A stretch of DNA of 64,000 bases from Bacteroidota bacterium (GTDB lineage Bacteria; Bacteroidota; Bacteroidia; Cytophagales; Cyclobacteriaceae): positions 3,985 through 67,984 of the forward strand of contig JAYWDN010000064.1 in NCBI GenBank assembly GCA_043780615.1, given 5' to 3'. The translations under genes and the position numbers were made by a program. The notes beneath the pieces are model-generated. The model saw only the letters and a program-made list of their open reading frames with translations. It had not been told where the DNA came from and ran no database searches. This document shows positions 56,868 to 64,000 of this stretch, piece by piece. Position 1 is the stretch's first letter, and every line of letters begins with the position of its first letter.

Positions 56868-57289
56868 TAATTGATGATCTCGTCAGAGATTTTTAATGTA
56901 GTGCCGTTCAACTCCACTCGGTATTGGATAAGTGCACGCGTTGCGGGGCCGCCCGATGGTTGACCATCTGAAAAATTATAACTGGAATTACAGCATCGGT
57001 CGGTCATAAACAAAGTTGAGCCGTCCACTTGCACGATGGCACAGTTTGCACCCGGGTGGTATGGACAAGCGCGCTCATAAGCGAGGTATGAGTTTTCGTT
57101 GGCACGGTATAAAATGATGCCGCGCAATCCCCCGCCATCAATGTACTTGTAGCCGCCATCCAATTTCAGACTTTGGTACTGCGGATAATTCAAGTTGACG
57201 GTGATCTCCGAAAAAGCAGCTTGCGCATTTGCGTGAAGTGATGCAGCAACAATCAAGACAACAACGCAAACAATTTTATTTTTTTTCAT
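56867..57289 (-). CDS. Exported Rieske-like small protein (non-canonical ligands)
   Basis: AYERACPYH...DRCCNSSY...G.P..GPA...L..Y, a Rieske-fold pattern. Confidence 0.65.
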   Translation of the reverse strand: MKKNKIVCVVVLIVAASLHANAQAAFSEITVNLNYPQYQSLKLDGGYKYIDGGGLRGIILYRANENSYLAYERACPYHPGANCAIVQVDGSTLFMTDRCCNSSYNFSDGQPSGGPATRALIQYRVELNGTTLKISDEIIN

Positions 57290-58133
57290 AATCGTAATAT
57301 CCTTTTCCTGTTTTCTTTCCTAATTGCCCTGCCCGTACTTTTTCTTCTTGGATGCGGCTCGGCTTGAAGCGCGGCACACGGCCAAAGGATTCGTACATCA
57401 AGCGGCTCACTTCCAAGTTTACATCGTTGCCAATCAAGTCCATCAACTCGAAAGGCCCGAGCTTAAACCCAGCCGATCGCATCAAAGCATCAATTGTGCC
57501 AATGTCTGCTGCGCCTCCTTCCAATAACCGAAACGCCTCCAAATAATAATGCCGTGCTACACGGTTAACGATAAACCCCGGAGAATCTTTTACCACTACT
57601 GGAATTTTTTCAAGATTCTTTACAAAGGCAACCATTGGTGCGATCAAACTTTCATCTGTCAGGTTGCCCGCAATTACTTCCACCAACTTCATCACGTGAG
57701 CCGGATTGAAAAAGTGCAATCCCAAAAAACGGTTTTGATGAGTGAGTGCCGAAGCGATTTTGGTGATCGAGAGCGATGACGTGTTGCTGGCAAAAACCGT
57801 CTCTTGCGAATTGATTTTTTCGAGTTCTAAAAAAATAGCTTGCTTCACCTCCAGTTTTTCGATCACCGCTTCAATGATCAAGTCAGCCTTGAGTTGATCA
57901 AGGGCCACTGATTTTATTTTTACAAGAGCAGCAATCTTTTTTTCTTCGGTCGATTTTCCTTTGGCAATAGCCTGGTCAAAATTCTTTTCAATAAGTTGAA
58001 TCCCCCTGACAACAGTTTTCGAATCCACATCATATAATAAAACTTCATAACCGGCAGCAGCACACACTTGCGCAATGCCTTGCCCCATTGCACCTGCGCC
58101 CACCACGCCCACTTTTTTGATGGCGTGCATCAC
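57276..58133 (-). CDS. 3-hydroxybutyryl/3-hydroxyacyl-CoA dehydrogenase
   Basis: GAGAMGQG, SNTSSLS, GLHFFNPA and GPFELMDLIG. Confidence 0.9.
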   Translation of the reverse strand: MMHAIKKVGVVGAGAMGQGIAQVCAAAGYEVLLYDVDSKTVVRGIQLIEKNFDQAIAKGKSTEEKKIAALVKIKSVALDQLKADLIIEAVIEKLEVKQAIFLELEKINSQETVFASNTSSLSITKIASALTHQNRFLGLHFFNPAHVMKLVEVIAGNLTDESLIAPMVAFVKNLEKIPVVVKDSPGFIVNRVARHYYLEAFRLLEGGAADIGTIDALMRSAGFKLGPFELMDLIGNDVNLEVSRLMYESFGRVPRFKPSRIQEEKVRAGQLGKKTGKGYYDYEKK

Positions 58134-59152
58134 ATCACCGGTTTAAATTGTTTGAGGAAACGCACATCGTTTTCGGAATACAGCCGCAGGTCGTTCACCT
58201 GATAAAGCAATTGTGTTACCCGCTCGATGCCCATGCCAAATGCAAAGCCTGTATATTCTTCAGGATCGATACCACAATTCTTCAGCACGTTGGGGTGTAC
58301 CATGCCCGAGCCGGCAATCTCTACCCAGCCACTGTGCTTGCAAATGTTGCAGCCCTTGCCTTTGCAAATCAAACAGGAGATGTCGATCTCAGCACTTGGT
58401 TCGGTGAACGGAAAGTACGAAGGCCGGTACCTGATCTTGATGTCTTTGCCGTACATCTCTTGCGCAAAATGATAAAGCGTTTGCTTTAAATCGGCAAAGC
58501 CCACGTTCTTGTCCACATACAATCCTTCCACTTGATGAAAGAAGCAATGGGCGCGTGCCGAGATCGCCTCGTTGCGATAAACGCGTCCGGGCATGATCGA
58601 GCGGATCGGTGGCTTCTGCTGTTTCATCAACCGCACTTGCACGTTTGACGTGTGGGTGCGCAAAAGAATGTCAGGGTTTTTTTCGACAAAGAAAGTGTCC
58701 TGCATTTCGCGTGCAGGATGGTTCGCAGGAAAATTGAGTGCCGTGAAGTTGTGCCAATCGTCTTCCATCTCGGGGCCATCGGCTAAACTAAAACCGAGCC
58801 GCTCAAATATTTCGATGATGCGGTAGCGCACCAAGCTGAGCGGATGTTGGCTGCCCAATTTATTAGGGACAACAGGCAGCGACAAATCAATATCTTGATT
58901 GCCTTCGGGCGAAGTATTTTCTAATTCCTCTTGTGCGGCTTTAAATTTTTTTTCGGCCAACTGTTTCAGATCGTTGAGCGGCTTGCCCACTTTCTTTTTC
59001 TCTTCGGCAGGTGCTTGCCTCATCGCATCAAACAATGCAGGGATCAATCCTTTCTTGCTGATGAACTTCAACCTGAAATCTTCCAATGCTTCTTTCGAAA
59101 CGACAGAAAACTGGTTTACCGCTTCTTCAATTGATTTGATTTTCTCTTCCAT
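58130..59152 (-). CDS. pheS: Phenylalanine--tRNA ligase alpha subunit
   Basis: HPAREMQDTF, RTHTS, FFHQVEG, YFPFTEPS and GFAFGMGIER. Confidence 0.97.
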   Translation of the reverse strand: MEEKIKSIEEAVNQFSVVSKEALEDFRLKFISKKGLIPALFDAMRQAPAEEKKKVGKPLNDLKQLAEKKFKAAQEELENTSPEGNQDIDLSLPVVPNKLGSQHPLSLVRYRIIEIFERLGFSLADGPEMEDDWHNFTALNFPANHPAREMQDTFFVEKNPDILLRTHTSNVQVRLMKQQKPPIRSIMPGRVYRNEAISARAHCFFHQVEGLYVDKNVGFADLKQTLYHFAQEMYGKDIKIRYRPSYFPFTEPSAEIDISCLICKGKGCNICKHSGWVEIAGSGMVHPNVLKNCGIDPEEYTGFAFGMGIERVTQLLYQVNDLRLYSENDVRFLKQFKPVM

Positions 59153-59221
59153 GTGGATATAATTATCGACCGCGTAGCTACAGTCCTCAAAATTAGCAGA
59201 TCATTTTGTTTTGCAACGACC

Positions 59222-59354
59222 TTAAGTACATCTCTAAAAACTTAAAATTGACGTCATTGCGAGGGAGGGACGACCGAAGCAATCTCCAATTGAGTGCTTC
59301 AAATGGGGATTGCTTCGCTAACGCTCGCAATGACGGTTAGATTTTTAGAGATGC
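59222..59354. mobile_element. MITE-like element with CATCTCTAAAAA TIR enclosing GTCATTGCGAG...CTCGCAATGAC palindrome
   Basis: TIR at 59229-59240 and 59342-59353 (12/12). Inner IRs at 59252-59263 / 59324-59335 (12/12) and 59275-59288 / 59304-59317 (13/14). Confidence 0.75.
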
Positions 59355-59405
59355 TGATTTAATTTTTTCTGCGTTATGATCTCAATACTACTTGGGATAT
59401 TTTTT

Positions 59406-59439
59406 AAAAAAAAGAGGAGGCTACTTGCCCCCTCTTTTT
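59406..59439 (-). terminator. Intrinsic (possibly bidirectional) terminator after M1 peptidase
   Basis: AAAAAGAGG...CCTCTTTTT stem with A and T tails on both sides. Confidence 0.8.
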
Positions 59440-59457
59440 GATTGAGTTGTTGGTGAA

Positions 59458-61689
59458 TCAATTCTTCTTCAAGAGATCAAATTTATTTTCTGCGGGTTTC
59501 TTTGGGAAAGAATTATCGGCCAGGTTCACATCGGCAGAATCGTTGTTCGGGTCGATCACCACTTTGGTCACCTCCTTATCTTTTACAAATACCTTCTTCA
59601 CTTCGTTTTCGTTTACGCGCCAAATCTCTGCTGGGATTTTTTCAATCTCGGTAGTGCCATCGGCATAAGTCCACTCTATAATTACAGGAGTAACAAGCCC
59701 GCCTTTGTTTTTCAAACTAAGTTCATACATGTTCTTGCCCTTTAGTTTTTGGCGTACTGCTTCATCGTTGATCTTGTTTTTGAATTCCCCACTAAGATTA
59801 TCGGGCGTGTTCAGCAGCGTGATCTCTTGTGCGCCTTTGCTGAAGTCGGTGGCCTTCTCTTTATTTTTTGCAGCGGTCGATACCAGGTCTCCGGTGGCCG
59901 CCTTCACGTTTTTATTTTCTAAATCTTTTTGTTCCGATTTCACACGAAACCATTTGACCTCATCGAGTTCTACATCCACATTGTCCACGCTGTAAAACCA
60001 TCCACGCCAAAACCAATCGAGGTCAACAGCCGAGGCATCTTCTAACGTGCGGAAAAAATCGGCAGGCTTGGGATGTTTGAATGCCCAGCGTTGGGCATAC
60101 TCTTTAAACGCTTTGTCAAACAACTCAGGCCCCATCACGGTCTCGCGCAAGAGCGTGAGCGCAGCCGAAGGTTTGCCATAAGCATTCGGGCCAAAATCGT
60201 TTCCGGGGATGTTGTCCGAATCCCACATGATCGGGCGCATTCTGTTTTTGTCTCCTTTCATATATCCGGCCATGCCTTTGGGCGAGCCCCAGCTGATGTT
60301 CACATTCGGGTAGCGCTCACGTTTGGTCTCGCGTTCCAAAAACGAATTCAAGCCTTCGTCCATCCAACTCCACTGACGTTCGTCTGAATTGACAATCATC
60401 GGAAAGAAATTGTGACCCACCTCGTGGATGATCACGCCTACCATGCCTTCGTAAGTTCCTTGTGAAAACGTGCCATCGCTTTTTGGGCGACCACCATTGA
60501 AACAGATCATGGGGTACTCCATGCCTTGATTGGCAGTATGCACAGAGAAGGCCGTTGGGTAAGGGTAATCCAAGGTGCGCGAAGAATAAACTTCGAGCGT
60601 ATTTTTTATAGCCATGGTCGATTCTTTGCCCCAAAGCGGGTTGCCTTCTTTGGGATACATGGATTGGGCCAGTGGGGTTTTGTCGTTGAGCTTCACCGCC
60701 ATCGCATCCCAAATAAATTTGCGCGAAGTGGCAAAGGCAAAGTCGCGCACATTTTCTGCATAGAATTCCCACGTGCTTTTTTTAGAAGAATGTTCCTTTT
60801 CTTTTTTACGCACTTCTTCTTCGGTTACAATCACTACTGGCTTGTCAAAAGTCTTCTTCGCCTTTTCAAAACGCTCGATTTGCTCTGGGCTCAAAACTGT
60901 TTTTGGATTTTGCAGCACGCCCGTTGCGCCTACAATGTGATCGGAGGGCACGGTGATGCGCACACGGTAATTACCGAAAGTCAATGCGAACTCGCCTTGG
61001 CCAAGGAACTGTTTGTTTTGCCAACCTTCGTAGTCGTCAAACACGCACATGCGTGGAAACCATTGCGCTTCGGTGTAGAGATAGTTTCCATCTTCTGGAA
61101 AAAATTCATAGCCACCGCGTTCGCCAAATTTCGAGCGGTCTTTTTCATTGTAGCTCCATTCAATTTTGAAACTGTATTTATCGCCTGTCTTCATGGCCAC
61201 GGGCAAGTCGATGCGCATCATGGTGTAGTTGACGAGGAACGAAAGGTCTTTGCCCGATACGGCATCTTTCACCGATTTGATTTTGAAGCCGCCTTCGTAG
61301 TCGTAGGTGCTTGCTGTCAATGGGAAGAAACGAGTCGGCACAGAGTCTTGCACGCGGTTGGTTTTTGTTTGCGCAGTCATATTGCCTTTAGAGAGATTGT
61401 TCTGATCTAACTGCAGCCACACATACTTCATCGTTTCAGGTGCGTTGTTAAAATAAGTGATGGTTTCTTTACCCGTAACGAGTTGGGTTTCGTCATTCAA
61501 TTCTACATCGATGTCATAGTCGGCACGCTGTTGCCAGTAGTTGACACCGGGTGCGCCCGAAGCAGCGCGGTAGCTGTTGGGCGTAGGCAAAATTTGATCA
61601 AGTTGTTCAAACTTGCCCGTCCATTTTTTGTCTTGGGCCATCGCAGCGAAGGCAAAGAACAGGAGAAGTACACTAAAAACATTTTTCAT
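59458..61689 (-). CDS. Secreted M1-family zinc metallopeptidase (paralog 1)
   Basis: Signal peptide, GMEYPM, and HEVGH-x18-E (WMDEG). Confidence 0.92.
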   Translation of the reverse strand: MKNVFSVLLLFFAFAAMAQDKKWTGKFEQLDQILPTPNSYRAASGAPGVNYWQQRADYDIDVELNDETQLVTGKETITYFNNAPETMKYVWLQLDQNNLSKGNMTAQTKTNRVQDSVPTRFFPLTASTYDYEGGFKIKSVKDAVSGKDLSFLVNYTMMRIDLPVAMKTGDKYSFKIEWSYNEKDRSKFGERGGYEFFPEDGNYLYTEAQWFPRMCVFDDYEGWQNKQFLGQGEFALTFGNYRVRITVPSDHIVGATGVLQNPKTVLSPEQIERFEKAKKTFDKPVVIVTEEEVRKKEKEHSSKKSTWEFYAENVRDFAFATSRKFIWDAMAVKLNDKTPLAQSMYPKEGNPLWGKESTMAIKNTLEVYSSRTLDYPYPTAFSVHTANQGMEYPMICFNGGRPKSDGTFSQGTYEGMVGVIIHEVGHNFFPMIVNSDERQWSWMDEGLNSFLERETKRERYPNVNISWGSPKGMAGYMKGDKNRMRPIMWDSDNIPGNDFGPNAYGKPSAALTLLRETVMGPELFDKAFKEYAQRWAFKHPKPADFFRTLEDASAVDLDWFWRGWFYSVDNVDVELDEVKWFRVKSEQKDLENKNVKAATGDLVSTAAKNKEKATDFSKGAQEITLLNTPDNLSGEFKNKINDEAVRQKLKGKNMYELSLKNKGGLVTPVIIEWTYADGTTEIEKIPAEIWRVNENEVKKVFVKDKEVTKVVIDPNNDSADVNLADNSFPKKPAENKFDLLKKN

Positions 61690-61773
61690 AAGGGGAAATT
61701 AAATTTAGAGAGTTGTAAAAGTAAAAACAGTTGTGGCGTCAATTATTAGTTTTGCGTAACATCAATTACATTG

Positions 61774-64000
61774 TTAATTCGTTTTCTTTTTCAGTTCGTC
61801 AAACTTAGAAGGTAGCACTACGCGCGGAAACATATTATCGTCAGGCGAGATGTCAGAAGTTTCTTTTTGTGGATCGACCAAAACACTGGCCACTTCTTTT
61901 TCTTTGGCAAATACTTTGGTCACCTTCGATTCATTGATGCGCCAGATTTCGGCTGGGATGCGGTCGGTTTCTTTGGTGCCGTCTTTGTAGGTCCACTCAA
62001 TGATCACGGGCATCACCAAACCGCCCTTGTTGCTCAAGGTGATCTCATAAAAATTCTTGCCTTCCAACTTGGTCACCACGGCCTTGTCATCGGTTTGATT
62101 TTTAAATTCACCACTAAAGCGTGCATCCGTAGGGATCACGCTAAAGTACTTGGGGCCGCTGCCAAAATCTTCTGCGGGCTTTTCGTCTTTTGGATTGGCC
62201 AGGTCACCTTTGGCAACAGTTTTTTCTTTTCCTTCGAGGTTGGTCTGTGCCGTTCTTAGCTTGTACCACTTCACTTGGTCAAGCGACATGTCCACGTTGT
62301 CGGTAGTATAAAACCAGCCTTTCCAAAACCAGTCGAGGTCAACAGCAGAGGCATCTTCCATCGTGCGGAAAAAATCAGCAGGCTTAGGATGTTTGAATGC
62401 CCAGCGTTGTGCATATTCTTTAAATGATTTGTCGAACAGTTCGTGGCCCATCACTGTCTCGCGCAAAATAAATAAAGCTGTAGCTGCTTTTTGATATTGC
62501 TCTGCTCCAAACTGAATGATTTGTTCTGAGTTGGTCATTAGTGGGCGCATGATGGCCTTATCGCCTTTCATATAATTTACAAGCCCCGCAGGTTTGCCAC
62601 GGCTAAAATCTAATGCAGGATACCGCTCAAGTTCTGTGAGCAATTGAACAAAGCTATTGATGCCTTCGTCCATCCAAGTAGTTTGGCGCTCATCGTTGTT
62701 GATGATCATCGGAAAGAAATTGTGGCCTACTTCGTGGATCACCACACCGAGCATGCGTTGCAAAATTTGGTTGTCATAAGTGCCGTCTTTCTTTGGTCGG
62801 CCAAAGTTGAAGCAGATCATTGGGTACTCCATGCCAATGCTGGCAGCGTGCACGGATGTGGCTTGAGGATAAGGATAGTCAACGGTGTATTTTGAATAAA
62901 CCTCCAATGTATTTTTCACGGCCAGTGTCGATTCTTTTTCCCACAACGGGTTGCCTTCTTTGGGATAGTACGACATGGCGAGCGGAGTGCTGTTGCCAAC
63001 TTTCACGGCCAAGGCATCCCAAATAAATTTGCGTGATGAAGCAAAAGCGAAGTCGCGCACATTGGTTGCCTCAAACAGCCAAGTTTTTTTGCTGGTTGAT
63101 TTTGTTTTTTCTTTTTCGATGGCTTCGGCTTGAGTAACAATGATCACGGGCTTGTCGTAAGTTGTTTTTGCTTTTTCAAAACGCGCAATCTGCTCGCTCG
63201 TCAAAACTTGTTGCGGGTTTTTCACCATTCCCGTTGCCGCCACGATGTGGTCGGCAGGCACGGTGAGGGTTACTTTGTAATTCCCGAAAGGGAGCGTGAA
63301 CTCGCCACGGCCAAGAAACTGTTTGTTTTGCCAGCCCACCACGTCATCGTACACGCACATGCGTGGAAACCATTGCGCCACCGTGTACACATAGTTGTTG
63401 TCGTCAGGGAAAAACTCATAGCCAGTGCGCGCAAAAGTTTGGTTGCGGTCAAGCACGTTAAATGCCCATTCTATTTTCAACGAATATTTTGCACCCGACT
63501 TCAACACTTGTGGCAAGTCCACACGCATCATGGTTTTGTTGATGGTGTAGGGCAGGTCTTTGCCCGTTGCATCTTTTACCGATTTGATTTTGTAACCGCC
63601 ATCGTAGTCCCACAGGTTGAGTTGAGAAGCCACCTGTTTTGTAGCGGCTGAGTCTTTCACCGAGTTGGTCGATGTTTTGGAAGTATTGTTGTCTTTGGCA
63701 AAAATATTTTGCTCGAGTTGCAGCCATAAATATTTCAACACATCGGGCGAGTTGTTCGTGTAGGTGATCGTTTCGCTGCCGGTGATGCTTTGGTTGGCAT
63801 CGTTCAACTCCGCTACGATGTCGTAGTCGGCTTGTTGCTGCCAATATTTTTGGCCGGGTGCGCCCGAGCCCGTGCGGTATTCGTTGGGCGTGGGCAGCAT
63901 TTGATCCATCTGTTCAAACTTGCCTTTCCATTGGATGGCATCGGCCTTGGGTTTGTCTTGGGCCATCGCGGCAAGCGAACCCATCGCAAAAAGAAGAAGT
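61774..64000 (-). CDS. Secreted M1-family zinc metallopeptidase (paralog 2; 5' end beyond window)
   Basis: GMEYPM and HEVGH-x18-E. The frame stays open to the window edge (LLLFAMGSLAAMAQ). Confidence 0.92.
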   Translation of the reverse strand, partial: LLLFAMGSLAAMAQDKPKADAIQWKGKFEQMDQMLPTPNEYRTGSGAPGQKYWQQQADYDIVAELNDANQSITGSETITYTNNSPDVLKYLWLQLEQNIFAKDNNTSKTSTNSVKDSAATKQVASQLNLWDYDGGYKIKSVKDATGKDLPYTINKTMMRVDLPQVLKSGAKYSLKIEWAFNVLDRNQTFARTGYEFFPDDNNYVYTVAQWFPRMCVYDDVVGWQNKQFLGRGEFTLPFGNYKVTLTVPADHIVAATGMVKNPQQVLTSEQIARFEKAKTTYDKPVIIVTQAEAIEKEKTKSTSKKTWLFEATNVRDFAFASSRKFIWDALAVKVGNSTPLAMSYYPKEGNPLWEKESTLAVKNTLEVYSKYTVDYPYPQATSVHAASIGMEYPMICFNFGRPKKDGTYDNQILQRMLGVVIHEVGHNFFPMIINNDERQTTWMDEGINSFVQLLTELERYPALDFSRGKPAGLVNYMKGDKAIMRPLMTNSEQIIQFGAEQYQKAATALFILRETVMGHELFDKSFKEYAQRWAFKHPKPADFFRTMEDASAVDLDWFWKGWFYTTDNVDMSLDQVKWYKLRTAQTNLEGKEKTVAKGDLANPKDEKPAEDFGSGPKYFSVIPTDARFSGEFKNQTDDKAVVTKLEGKNFYEITLSNKGGLVMPVIIEWTYKDGTKETDRIPAEIWRINESKVTKVFAKEKEVASVLVDPQKETSDISPDDNMFPRVVLPSKFDELKKKTN

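Overview
Chromosomal window from a Bacteroidota bacterium, most likely Cytophagales. The basis is TAnnTTTG-type promoters, the murF-alr fusion and the gene set; the taxon is an inference. Most genes are housekeeping: katA/oxyR, a MarR-fadN-fadA-fadE beta-oxidation operon, mqo, purKE, feoAB, recJ-lptB, hisA-like, csaA, murF-alr, recX, glycosyltransferases, an ECF sigma module, pheS and two tandem M1 peptidases. No rRNA, tRNA, CRISPR array, transposase or integrase was recognised. The unexplained structure lies mostly in the small spaces. (1) A four-helix-bundle (bAvd-like) gene in the fad operon is bracketed by inverted heptamer-repeat arms, and the next gene junction holds an apparently empty copy of the same arm architecture as a perfect 28-bp palindrome. 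(2) There is a set of small palindromic elements: two MITE-like units with the same terminal inverted repeat but different cargo, a nested composite REP, a REP doublet, and a 21-bp palindrome apparently inserted in frame in a glycosyltransferase gene. (3) There are three toxin-antitoxin traces, two of which the ORF track missed. (4) A 2014-aa secreted MORN-TPR-CHAT caspase-like protease is present, along with several proteins missing canonical catalytic or cofactor residues. All family assignments come from motif recognition and memory, not from database searches.
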